A stretch of 64,000 bases of DNA from Heptranchias perlo (lineage: Eukaryota): positions 8,246,001-8,310,000 of the forward strand of contig NC_090357.1 in NCBI RefSeq assembly GCF_035084215.1, written 5' to 3'. This document shows, one piece after another, positions 13,993 to 26,473 of the stretch; position 1 is the first letter of the stretch; the number at the start of each line of letters is the position of its first letter. A model generated the notes under the pieces. It did not search any database. It saw nothing but the letters and a program-made list of their open reading frames with translations, and was not told the DNA's origin. The position numbers and the translations under genes are program-made.

Positions 13993-14380
13993 ATTAAGGG
14001 GTGATGTTGTTGAGGTGTTTAAGAGGATTAAAGGAATTGATAGGGTAGATAGAGAAACTATTTCTTCTGATGGGGGAGTCCAGAACAAGGGGGCATAACC
14101 TTAAAATTAGAGCTAGGCCTTTCAGGGGTGATGTCAGAAAGCACTTCTTCACACAAAAGGTAGTGGAAATCTGGAACTCTCTCCCCCAAAAAGCCATTGA
14201 GGCTGGGGGTCAATTGAAAATATCAAAACTGAGATTAACAGATTTTTGTTAGGCAAGGGTACTAAGGGTTAAGGAACCAAGGCGGGTAAATGGAGTTAAG
14301 ATACAGATCAGGCATGATCTAATTGAATGGCAGAACAGGCTCGAGGGGCTGAATGGCGCACTCCTATTCCTTTGTTCCTA
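13993..14380 (+). mobile_element. CR1 3' fragment
   Basis: ESRTRGHNLKIRARPFRGDVRKHFFTQKVVEIWNSLP. Confidence 0.85.
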
Positions 14381-14839
14381 AAGAGATGTTCTGCTATAAA
14401 GAATTATAATATTGATAACAGAAACCTCTCAGTACCAGCTTTGAAGGTTGCTGGTGGGAACCAGATTTAACACAGCACTCTGTACAGACACGTGGCTAAA
14501 TTCAGGCGTGCAGGTCCTCCACAGCTCAGTCAGACTTCACAGATAAATGACTGGCTTTACTCTAAGTGTGTTTTTTAGCAAATATAGGTTGATAAATGAC
14601 AGAACTGCCAATTTAAAATATGTGCAATCTGAGCAGAGTAAAGACCTGGGCATCATTAAAACAGCCATTTTGGGGAAGGGGAGAAAAAGGATTCAAACTT
14701 TAAGAATGGTACCATCCTGTGAAAATTATCCATTCATTTTCTCTTCTCCTTTCCATTATTTCTATGTATATAATCCTATTACCTTGTTTGCATTCGATAC
14801 TTATACATTTCTTCTGCCATCTGCCCTCTCATTGATGTA

Positions 14840-15105
14840 AAAGATCCCATGGCACTATTCAAAGAAAAGTAGGAGAGTTCTCCCAGTGTCCTGGCCAACA
14901 TTTATCCCTCAACCAACGTTGCCAAAACAGATTATTTGGTCATTTATCTCATTGCTATTCGTGGGACCTTGCTGCGTTGAAATTGGCTGCTGTACTTCCC
15001 TACATTACAACAGTGACTTCACTTGGAAAGTAACTCATTGGCTGTGAAGCACTTTGGGATATCCTGAGGTCATGACAGGTGCTATATAAATGCAAGTTCT
15101 TTCTT
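14840..15105 (+). mobile_element. DeuSINE 3' half
   Basis: Deu core plus L2-like tail. Confidence 0.75.
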
Positions 15106-16186
15106 TATTATAGAATAGAATAGAATCATACAGCACAGAAGGAGGCTGTTTGGCCCATCGAGCCTGTGCCGGCTCTTTGAAAGAGCTATCCAATTAGTCC
15201 CACTTCCGTGCTCTTTCCCCATAGCCCTGTAAATGTTTCCTTTATTTTATTGATATTGTTACAGTTAACATCTGTACAAGACATTGATTAGGTCTCAGTT
15301 GGAGTACTGTGTCTATTTCTGGGCACCTTATTATAAAAAGGATATTACAGCTATGGAAAAGCTACATTGGAGATTCGTTAAAATGATACCAGGCATAAGT
15401 CACTTACTCCATGATTTCCTCTTTCTTCTGCACCGTTCAAGGGTACCTTCGCTGTAGTTGAGCCATTACAATGGCGCAATCCCTCGGAAAATCTGGGCCT
15501 GTATCTGTGAAAATCAGTAAAAGTCATTGTTCTATGGCGTGCAGCACTGCTTTCAAATTCGAACATCAGACAACCTTTACATCAAAGAAGTGGACAGCTC
15601 ACAGTGATAAGCTATAAATCTATTATTATCTCATTATTTTATTGTAATATTTATTGGGATTCTTAGACAGCAAATACACTACAACATAAACATGTGCAAG
15701 ACCATGAGTTTGAGATGTGATAATACATCTTCCATCCATACCTCCTTATACATGCTCACCTTGTAGCGTATTTGCTGTTAAAGATTGATGATCAAGCAAA
15801 GTTAAGACACCATCTCCCCCTTTTCATTGCTGCCCACAGATCAGTTTCATCCACCCTTTTTGCCCCACCAGAAGTCATTAAGAGGGACACACACCAAGCA
15901 AAGTCACTCTAGTTTTTGTTCCAAAGTGTCAGTGAGCTTAGCGCTGTTGTGGAGTAGTTGGGTTGACTTCACACATGCAGTACTTGCAGCTACACTGTCC
16001 TTTACCATATTGGAAAGTACTTCCTCACACAATGTGTTACTTTTGAAGTGCAGTGACCTTTGGTATGTAGGCAATCATTCTTACAAGCAATGCCAGGCAA
16101 CAATGGTCAAATTAGAATGGAGATGCTCGACTGCTTGAATTACAGAGCACACCCACTGCTTTTAAAGTGCATGAACTCTGCTCCTG

Positions 16187-16266
16187 CATCCACTCTGTTC
16201 CTCCATCCACTCTGCTCCTCCATCCACTCTGTTCCTCCATCCACTCTGTTCCTCCATCCACTCTGC
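16187..16266. repeat. 17-bp tandem repeat (catccactctgttcctc), about 5 copies
   Basis: Direct reading. Confidence 0.9.
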
Positions 16267-16659
16267 ACCTGCATGTTCAAACACTCTGCTCCCAGCTGTT
16301 AAATTTTCAATGTTTGGAGAGAATGCGCAGGTGCACTTTCCCAAAAGGTTGAAAATAATTCTGCGTAAGTTCATAAAGTGCCCAGTGAGTCCAATGAATC
16401 TAAAGAGCATCTTTTATAACTGGCTTGATAACACACTGGAGTTATATTCCACATGATGGCAAACCAAAGCAGTGCCTTCTGTGGGGTAGGGGGGAGGGTA
16501 TAGGAGTCATGTCAGGACCTCCGTCTGGAGTTATACTATCATTTCATGTTAGTGTGAAGTGAAAGCCACTCATAGTGATACAATAGTGGCAATATAACTG
16601 CAGCCATAATCACGATGACAAATTAACAACTAAATAAGAGTCCAACAGATGTAACTTAC

Positions 16660-16750
16660 CATTCCTGGAGAGAGAACTCACCTCAGTAGCCAACACAACG
16701 ATATTTCACAGAAGCTCTGGGTCCAGGTTATTCCTAGTTCTTTTATAAAC
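16660..16750 (-). promoter_or_regulatory. candidate TATA promoter and first exon of an unidentified gene
   Basis: TATAAAAG at 16740-16747, followed by GAG|gtgagt and ATG|gtaagt donor-like sites. Confidence 0.3.
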
Positions 16751-17164
16751 CTAATTTAAAGGGATGTGATGACTGTCTTGGACTGCTGAGGAGACTAAGG
16801 TGAAATTTTGGCCCAGAATTTGCTGGGAAAATAACGGCGAGTTTAATGCGCCATTATTGGTGTGTAAACAGCAATTTGTGGCCAGGAAGAGATAACCCGT
16901 GAGTTGCGAATCGCTAAAAATTGCTGGATGATTTGCGCCGCTCTGCCATTAGCCTCGCAAAAACCGGAACTCGCCGTCAACCTCCCCATGTGTTTCAAGA
17001 AATTGCTTCATTTGCGCTGTTAAAGCAAATTAAACTCACCGCAGAAAGTTAGGTCTGGTACTTAGCAGCGTAAGGACCCATTTAATAATGAGATTTACAT
17101 TCCTGTAATGCCACTCAACCTATCCTGCCCAGAAAAGGAAAACTTGAAACTGTGGAATCTCTTT

Positions 17165-17615
17165 TTTTAACTCATTCATGGGATGTGGGTGTCGCTGACA
17201 AGACCAGCATTTATTGCCCATCCCTAATAGCCCTTGAGAAGGTGGTGGTGAGCCGCCTTCTTGAACGGCTGCAGTCCGTGTGGTGAAGGTTCTCCCACAG
17301 TGCTGTTAGGTAGGGAGTTACAGGATTTTGACCCAGTGACGATGAAGGAATGGCGATATATTTCCAAGTCGGGATGGTGTGTGACTTGGAGGGGAACGTG
17401 CAGGTGGTGTTGTTCCCACGTGCCTGCTGCCCTTGTCCTTCCAGGTGGTGGAGGTTGCGGGTTTGGGAAGTGCTGTTTTAAGAAACCTTGGCGAGTTGCT
17501 GCCGTGTATCTTGTAGGTGGTACACACTGCAGCCATGTCGTGCGCCGGTGGTGGAGGGAGTGAATATTTAAGGTGGTGGATAGGGTATCAATCAAGCAGG
17601 CTACTTTGTCCTGGA
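17165..17615 (-). mobile_element. non-LTR retrotransposon 3' fragment (same family as 44710-46085)
   Basis: TLNIHSLHHRR...FIVTGSKSCNSLP. Confidence 0.8.
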
Positions 17616-18819
17616 TTCCTACAGCTAGTAAATTGTTCCTAGAGATTTCTAAAATTTTAAGTTTTAAAATTTTTTTCTCACTTTTCCTTTCTGTCTTTTT
17701 TTTTCTCTCTCTCTCTTAGTCCATCTTCCTTTCCCTCTCTTTGTTTCTCTTCCAGTACCTAATTTGTCTCTAATTCACCTTATTTCCTTCTCCATCATTC
17801 CTTTGTTTCGTTCTCTATCCTTAAATCTCATTGATTAAGGAGATAGACTGTTGCCATGGAAACCAGTGACCGCCAATCCATTAAAGGGACACTATATTTA
17901 TCAATAAGTGTTTGCAGAACACTGCAATGTGAAGAAGCAAGTCCCACTGAAATGCACCTTTGCATTGCTTGCATGCGATGAAAATAACACGTCAGGTGCA
18001 CTGTTCTGCGTCCCCTCCCGCAAGTGTAAAGATCCACTGCATCTTTACAGTCTGTCATCATTAACATCTATTTATTATTGCGATTGTTACTTGGTGTTAA
18101 GTATTGGATGCCAGAACTAAATTTGAGTCTGTGTCTGCCAATATTTTTAGATCACTGACTTTGAAGTATTATTTTTTTGCATTCCAACATGTTTTAGAGG
18201 ATGGTGTGTCAGCGAAGGTGTTGATGGTGATAGACTGGCAGTAAATAGTGATCAGCCTGCACTAGATGATGCACCTGAGTTAGAAGGCTTTCCTCATAAC
18301 TTATTTGCTTTATTCTACCAGAATCTGCACAACCCCTGCAAGGCATGAGTATGGGCCATGGAGCTCTGAGTGTTACCAGCTGTCGGTCACCTCTGTCTTT
18401 ACTTTTCTCGATATGATTCCAAAATGGAGCTGCTGCCCTCTTCTGGAGGATGCGGGACAGAACAGGTTAGAGAGGAAAGGGCAGATTTTCCAAGGTCAGA
18501 GCAGATATAACAGGAATGGAGCGGTGTGGGACTTTGTGCCCACTTGAGCTCCACATGGCTGACTCTACTGAACACACACACATTCCATCCCCTTAAAATA
18601 ATGGGAATACACAGAAGGCAGCAACAGGGCCCCACACGTACAAGGGTAGATTTTATCAGTTTCCACCGCCGATGGAAAACCCTGCAAATCCCATTAGCCT
18701 CTGTACCTGAATTCCCTGTAGGCACTTTGGGCATATGAAGCTCTATGCCAGGAGCACGAGTTCATAAATTCTACCGATAGTACCAGTAGATTATAACCCG
18801 AGGCCTCGTCTTACGATAA

Positions 18820-19295
18820 TAGATTGATGAAAGGGGCTAAAAGGGTTAAATTATGAGGACAGGTTGCATAAACTAGGCTTGCATTCCCTTGAATAGGGAA
18901 GGTTAAGGGGTGATCTAATTGAGGTGGTTAAGATGATTAAAGCATTTGATGGGATAGATGGAGAGAAACTATCTCCTCTGGTGTGGAGGAGTCCACAACA
19001 AGAGGGCATAACCTTAAAATTAGATCTAGGCCATTCAGGGGGGATGTCAAGAGGCACTTCTTCACACAGAGGGTAGTGGAAATCTGGAACTCTCTTCCCC
19101 CAAAAAGCTGTTGAGGCTGGGGGTCAATTGAAAATTTCAAAACTGAGATTGATAGATTTTTGTTAGGCGAGGGTATTAAGGGTTACGGAACCAAGGCGGG
19201 TAGATGGAGTTAGGATAGAGATCAGCCATGATCTAATTGAATGGCAGAACAGGCTCAAGGGGCTGAATGGCCTACTCCTGCTCCTATGTTGCTAT
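18820..19295 (+). mobile_element. CR1 3' fragment
   Basis: Near-copy of 13993-14380 with extra 5' sequence. Confidence 0.85.
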
Positions 19296-22069
19296 GAAAG
19301 GAGTGAATAGTTTCATTCACAATTCACCTGCAGTGCTGAAACTCCCTCTCAATCATGTTTCTCCATCTGCGTTACTTTAATAAGTGATTTAATTTAGTCC
19401 AATATTCTTAGGCCAGAAATTCCATCAGCTGATCCAGTTGTGGAGGTGGCTTTCATTGGTACCTAGTTCTCCCTGTACCAATTGATACCACCTTCTCCCA
19501 CTCCTGTATTCAATTGCTTACATGGGTTATTAGTAACCTTGTGGCCACAGTGTGGTGATGCATCATACTGATTCACCAGCCTATAGCTGCATGAAATGAT
19601 GGGACATTACATCGGCGATCCTAAATCATTGAGTGTCCCAGTTCAGTCTTGTCACTATGGGGAAGTGACTAATAGAAGTCAACCATTTCCTCACAAGATA
19701 GGAGAAAAAAATCAATGGGAGAGACATTCTTGAGTTATTCTCACGCATCACCTCATGAGTGGACACCTGGGCCAAATCTATTGTGAAGAACTGCTAAGTT
19801 TTAGAACTTTTATTATTTTGGAACAGACAGTCTAACGTTAATTGAAGGATTGCACTCTAATCTGACTCATTCTTGCTTCTGGTCTGATGAAACAGTCTTT
19901 CAATGTGGTATTATCCATCAGCCAGAGAAATCAGGAGGATATCCTGTGGTGTTCCCAGTCTATACCCCAACAGTAAAAGGCTCATTGTCTGCCTGAAGGG
20001 TGGAATCTGAGGTACTTTGCGTAGAAGGTCAAGTTTCATTGTGTTTGGTTGTTGCATTGAGCACAAGTAAAAATTAGCAGGAAAGAGCCTGGATCATAAT
20101 AATGGTGTCCAGACAGGGAATGACAAGAAAAATATTTGACCCTTACCCTCATAATTAAAAAGACGTAGCATTGTAATAAAAGGCTGATAGCAGCATGTTC
20201 TACTTAAGAATCTCTAAAAATGTAGAAATCGTTTCCCATTAATTTCTATAATATAAATTCATGCCTTTTTCTCTCATCATCTACACCATCAATGAACCAA
20301 GAGCTGAGTCCCTAACCAGAAAAAAAGTGCACAAGGTGTGCCATTTCACCTCTTTCTACGTAGATCTTAAATACCTGTCCTTAACCTCTCTATCTCAAAG
20401 TGTTCGAGGTGTGGCTGGCCCACAGTGTTGTGGTGACACTACTGCTGTCCACAAAGGAGAAGCAAGAAAGAAACTGAGAGAAATAACAAGAAGCACAATT
20501 AAAAAAAGAAGAAATAACTTTTTAAATGCACGTAGGTTTGGAAGTAAGCTTTTACATTCCCCATCTTTTTGCTTAGACCTGACACTAGTCTACTCCTCTT
20601 TAAGTCCTTTTCCCCCAATTTTTTCTCCTCCTCTGCTGAAGGCACATACACAATTCCACAATGCTGGTAAACCTCTGGTAACATAGCAAGTGGGCATTCT
20701 TCATTTGTGAGTCTATACATCGGGTTTGCAGGATATCCAACCATGCAAGGCGTCACAACTGAGCCCAATCCTATTGTCATTCAATGTCCAGTAGGGGTCA
20801 AACTTATGGAAAATGACGGACATAAAAAGACCTACTGGCTCATCTAGCCTGTCCCATATAATTGAGATGCCTTGTGGATCACAATACACAGGCTGCCCAC
20901 CCCACCCAGAGCCATGTAATCTCCTGGGAAAGGCAAAAAAACAAATAAAAACCCAGGCCGATTAGGGGGTAAAAATCTGGAAAATTACTCTCCGCCCCTC
21001 CCCCCCCCCGCCCCCTTGGGCAACCCCTTAGTCCAAGATACCACGGTAATGATTAGGCATTTGCTGATTTTCCCCTCCCTAGCCCAGAGCACTGGGGTTA
21101 ATTGTGACTTTCCAATGACTAGATTCAATAAGATCAGTCAACTCAGCACAGACCCTGGATCAAATCTGGGTCAGGACCACGTAGGCCATTGGGAGAGCTT
21201 TATGCTTTTATTTCTAAACAATAAATGACATAATCAGGACAAATATAACGCTGTAATTTTATTTAAAGCTTTTACATTATCTTTATTCTGTGCATTACAA
21301 ATTATATTTACACTACTGGCCATTTTCATTTACAATCAATTCAATATTAATATTAATGCAAAAATAAAAATGGAACTATTAAAATCCAAGTTATTAAGTA
21401 CTTTCAGAGACAAAAAAATTAGTATTTGGCTACTCACTTGGTCGATGTAATTTTACTTAAAGTTTTTACATTAGCTGGACAAATATTGCTCACTTTAGTG
21501 AACTATCTTTCTTATTGAGGCTCAAAAGTGGTCAGTTCTACGCTGCTTCTTGTCTATCTGACCAAATGTATCTTTGTATTACTATGTCTATAAGAGTAGA
21601 GAATAACAATTGTAACATCTGAAATTTTTTCTCTCTGTCTGTCTGTACCTCTCTTTCTTTCTTTTTCTCTCTCTCCATCTATCCCTCTCTCTCTAAGTAC
21701 CTTCTCCACGTTGGACGTTGGCACTCAGTGCTTTGCATACTTTCAAGCTTTTGTACAGGTGGATTAAATCAACCTCTGATGTTGCACATGCCCATTTCCA
21801 TCCCATCATCTCACCACATTTACCTTTGGCTGCCTCTTAATCGATGACTACCAACTTCTCCATACTTGACTACCCTAAGAAGTTTCCTTACTCATGACTC
21901 CTGAATAAAGTGGCCACAGTGGAGGAAAATGTTCTCTGAGTGCTAAGTATATCAAAATCGTAAATGTGTTAAGAACGAACCAAACACACAGAGGGAACTC
22001 ACCCTAGTATGTCATTGGTCTTATCACAATCGGGCTGATCACCTCTCTCTTTTAAGGAGCCTCTCATTC

Positions 22070-22440
22070 TTCTTGTCCATATTCATGCTTCTCCTGGCCC
22101 CACAAAAATCTCTAAATAAAAACTTGCACCTACCTTTTTTTGAAGGGCCTGCAGCAGTCCCTTTAAGGGCCGCTCATGGACCACTTTACGCCTGGTGCCA
22201 ATGGGTGGAGCGTGCATGATGCACGCTCCACCCATTGGTCCCTCAAGATTGTGTTGGAGTCCTACATACGTCATAGGACTCCAACTAGCATATTAAAAAT
22301 AGGCTCCCACCTGAAACAGGTGGGCACCCAGGCCCCACAAAAATGGCGGTAGCCTTATGGGGAGCATGAATGGGGCGGTAAGTGGTGCATTAACATTTTC
22401 AGATCCCACTGGGAGGGGGTCATGAAAATTGGCTCCCGAA
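22070..22440. mobile_element. GC-rich non-autonomous DNA transposon remnant (Harbinger-like)
   Basis: CpG-containing island with internal palindrome (ggagcgtgcatgatgcacgctcc); resembles other MITE-like pieces in the window. Confidence 0.4.
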
Positions 22441-22552
22441 TGCCTCCAGTGGTCCAATGGGTCACATCATTGAGGTTAAATTAAATGACAATTACTATAC
22501 CAGGAAGAAAATAAAGTTCTAATTTCAATTTTCCGTTATTACGAATTACAAT

Positions 22553-22945
22553 TTTATTCTATTGGTTCCAGATCTACAGATTTTGTGACATAATATGACA
22601 TCATCAGATTGGCCCAATGGATGTTCTGTGTTATGACATCAGTGGCTTAACAAACATTCATGAGTGACCAATAATTATCAATAGGGCAGCTCGTTCATGA
22701 AATAAATTTTGTCAGTGGTAAAATAAATAACAAAATTAACTTGTTCTTTCCAATTATTTGCACAGAAACTAGAATATATTTATATTAATTATGATTACCG
22801 ATGTAGAATGGGGACTGGTTACAAAGATCTTTCACATTATGATTGGTTTGAAGTTTAATTTGTCGTCTCTGTCCCTAATTAATCTCATTAGTGTCATAAT
22901 CCATCAATTAACTTTAAGGCCATTATGTTTCTTTCAATTTTGTGG
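22553..22945 (-). other. gene A 3'UTR ending near AATAAA (22553-22558)
   Basis: polyA hexamer about 390 nt after the stop; highly similar to 32206-32600. Confidence 0.6.
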
Positions 22946-23405
22946 TCAAACTTCTGACTCAGAGATAAGTTTTCTGATTTCATGAACCCCAGGTGAAATG
23001 GATTTCCTCAGGTTTTCAACTCCTTCAGTGATTGTTCCTTGGAATAAACCAATTAAAGGATTGAAAATCTTTTGAAATTTCTCCATTTGCTGGTTAAGAT
23101 CTTGCTGCCACTTTTCTTCAAAAGTCTGATTGGAATTAATAGGCATTGTGTTCAGATTCCATTGGCTAATGTTTTTCTCCAACATCTTTAGCTGTTCGAC
23201 AAAGGACAAGAGTTCGCTCTGTTTGGAAGTGTCTTCAATTGTTCCTTGGAACTGTCCAAAAAGAGACGTCATTTTCTCTTTGATAATGTCAGCCTGCTCC
23301 TTAACATTTATGCCAAAAGTTTCCATTTTCTGTTGCAATTCTCTTGTCAAAGGGGTCACGTTCTCCATTGCATTTTCAAAAATGGTACTTACATTTTGGA
23401 TTTCC
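22946..23405 (-). CDS. gene A last coding exon
   Basis: ttttctcctccacag acceptor; part of ORF 22946..23497; aligns to the last exon of gene B. Confidence 0.86.
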
Positions 23406-26400
23406 CTGTGGAGGAGAAAAACATATAAAGTGAGGTCTGTACATTTGTAGATCTCTGCTTCTTCAGTCTTTTTCTTGGTGCAGAGATTGTACAACATGAA
23501 GCCAATGGAATAGAAATGTTATTTCTGGAAGATGCTGTAATAATTTGCTGGTCTTTGCATTTTGGCTACCCAGTTGGGAGAGACTGGTAGGATACAATTG
23601 CTCTTGTAAGGGCAGCAAACTGAGCAACAAAAATGATTCCTGACATCAGAAATTTAATTGTTAAAGAAAGAAAATTGGTGGCCTTGGTTTTTTGACTTTG
23701 ATGTAACCAAATTGAAGCTTTTAAGCTTATGAAGGGAGTTAACTAAAAACCGATCCACATAAATGGCTCACATTCAAGGGGACACCAGATGAAAAATGAG
23801 GACGTTAGAAGGGATGCAATGAGAAGTGGGGAGACCATGTTGAGATTAATAGCCTTTTTCTATTCCTAAATATTCTGGTTCATTTTCACCTTTTTACCAG
23901 GTATTGACTATTGATTAATCACTTGTTGAAATTACTGGAATTGTATAACTATGTTAACAAAATGCAAACTAATATGTCACAGTAAAGAAAATGTAAAGTT
24001 AACAATGATCTAAGAATGACCTGGTCACATATTAGATGTATAAGGGGCCCTCTGAAAAAGCAGTAGATCAAGAAAAGGTTAAGAAAGCTGCAATTTTTGA
24101 GATGTAAACAGCATGGGTATAAATACAGGGGAAAGTGGAAAAAAATGCACAATTTGCAGGCTTGGAAAGCCAACAGGTTACCCTGGGCATGAATGAGAAG
24201 AGTTGAAGGACTGTTTGGATGGATGGACCCAGGCATGGGAAGTTGGAAATAACAGGCCATATGCATTGAATTAGGAAAAAGAGAAATATTGATTGGTTGT
24301 ATATATCATCAATAAAGATTAATAAAAGAAATAAGAAAAAGGAAATTTGCTGCCTGTTTCTCCCTCTGTTCTTGAGTCACATCAAAACCTAAACAAACCA
24401 TATAAGTTGTCAGCTGACTCTGCAACTTAGGAACTGACTGTGTTTTAGTCATACAGCAAGAGCTGAAAATCTCAACGCAGGACTAGAAAACACAACAAAA
24501 GAAAAACAGAAGAAATGTGTTAGAAAACGATGTGATCAGACCTTGTCGCGTTGCACATTGCTGCCTCACATTGCACACTACTCTTTTGGCAGGTTTAGTA
24601 GTGATATTACAATAGGAGATTAACTACTTACATTATTGGTTTGAAAGGTGCCAGAAAAGTTTCATTAATAACCCAGCCTTTGCTATTCCATCCATCGGCA
24701 TTCCCCCGCTCATCTGGGAGGGCACGAGTCTCAATTCCTGGTCATGAAAACAGACAAAAAAAAACTGTTGGTGTTTCTATACATTTATCTTAGCGATCAT
24801 GTGAATAACTACCTCACCCGTCCTCATTAACTATTTATATTCTCCCTGTAATCTGCCCTCCCCTCTTGGTGATGATGACACTTGTTGGGTCCAGTTCAAT
24901 TGGTTCTTACAGGCCTTGGTATATTACCCAAATGTCTATTCTTCATGTGTGAGCCCAGATTGTTTCACTGGACTACTTGACCATGGATGATATCACAACC
25001 CATTCTGATCCTGTCCTCACCCAAAGTCCTTGCATGCGCACTAACCAGGAGGGGTCACTGCAACAACAACACCTTGCATTTATATACAGCCTTTAACATA
25101 GTAAAACATCCCAAGGTGTTTCAAAGGAGGGTTATCAGACAGAAATTGACACCAAGCCAAAGAAGGAGACATTAGGACAGGTGACCAAATGCTTGGTCAA
25201 AGAGGTAGGTTTCATGCAGCGTCTTAAAGGAGAAGAGGCGGAGAGGTTTAGGGAGGGAATTCCAGAGCTTAAGGCCTAGGCAACCAAAGGCACGGCCATC
25301 AATGGAGGGATGAAGGAAGTGGGGGATGCACAAGAGCCCAGAGTTGGAGCAACACAGAATTCTCGGAGGGTTGTAGGGCTGGAGGAGGTTACAGGGATAG
25401 GGAGGGGCGAGGCCACGGAGGGATTTGAACATGAGGATGAGAATTTTAAAATCAAGGCATTGATGGATCGGGAGTCATTGTAGGTCAGCGAGCACAGGGG
25501 TTATGGGTGAACAGGACTTGGTATGAGTTAGGATGCGGGAAAGAGTTTTGAATGAGCTCAAGTTTATGGAGGGTGGAAGATGGGAGACCAGCCAGGAGAG
25601 CATTGGAATAGTCGAATCTGGAAGTAACAAAAGCATGGATGAGGGTTTCAGCAGCAGACGGGCTGAGGCAGGCACAGAGATGGGCGATTTTTCGGAGGTG
25701 GAAGTAGGCGGTTTTTGTGAGATAGTGATCAGTAGCAAAAGCCTTGATTAATTTTTCCTTTGCCTTATATTCTTGTTTAAATTTGGCCCACTCACATTTA
25801 CGCAATGGAATCTACAAATTGGAAATCTCACTATGCCAGATTAATATATTGTAGTGGTTTTTAATTATCCTGTATTATTATTTTCTGTTTTTATTTGTTC
25901 TGCTTGTGAACACAGGTGAGGGAGACAAATTGGGTCATCTTGCTCAGCCTTCCATAGAGACCTATAGTTCCCCTATTACAGCTTCTAATTGCCTCTTGAG
26001 TGATTTCAGAGTGTTTGTCTCCACTACCCTATCCAGAAGGCTATTCCAGATGTTTAGAAAACAACTCCAGGAGCGTATGTTAGAAAGAAAGATTTTGTAT
26101 TTACATAGTACCTTTCATGACCTCAGGACCTCCCAAAGTGAATGCCAATTAAGTACTTTTTCTGAAGTGTAGCCACTGTTCTTCAAATAACACTGTGGAT
26201 TCTTTTACATCCACCTGAGAGGGCAGACGGGACCTCAGTTTAACATATCATCCAAAAGATGGCACCTCCGATAATACAGCACTCCCTCAGTACTGCACTG
26301 AAGTGTCAGCCTAGATTATGTGCTCAAGTCTCTGGAGTGGGTCTTGAACGTACAACCTTCTGACTCAGAGATGAGAGAGCTACCACTGAGAGAGCCAAAG

Positions 26401-26473
26401 CTGACACCAAAAAAAGTTTTTGTGACATACCTTTCACCACAAACAGCATCAAAATAACCACAAATATCTTCAT
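22946..26473 (-). CDS. Highly divergent apoA-IV-like apolipoprotein (gene A), spliced: 26473-26431, 24737-24632, 23405-22946; 202 aa
   Basis: 609-nt open spliced frame: MKIFVVILMLFVVKG|IETRALPDERGNADGWNSKGWVINETFLAPFKPIM|EIQNVSTIFENAMENVTPLTRELQQK...ISESEV. Splice-site contexts are nearly identical to gene B. Confidence 0.82.
24632..24737 (-). CDS. gene A exon 3 (shortened, 106 nt)
   Basis: ttttcatgaccag acceptor; donor gtaagtagtta identical to gene B; phase 1 to phase 2 restores the frame. Confidence 0.8.
25061..25720 (-). mobile_element. L2 LINE 3' fragment in intron 2 of gene A
   Basis: AAETLIHAFVTSRFDYSNALLAGLP...KLELIQN; FKSLRGLAPPY; L2 tail. Confidence 0.85.
26090..26408 (-). mobile_element. 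DeuSINE, internally deleted
   Basis: Matches the 7070-7530 family. Confidence 0.7.
26431..26473 (-). CDS. gene A exon 2 (signal peptide MKIFVVILMLFVVK)
   Basis: atcATG start, G|gtatgt donor; acceptor tttgcag at 26494+. Confidence 0.85.

Noticed and set aside
23406-23497. ORF-track N-terminus MLYNLC... of gene A
   Set aside because: Intronic read-through upstream of the 23405 acceptor; the real start is the signal-peptide exon at 26473.
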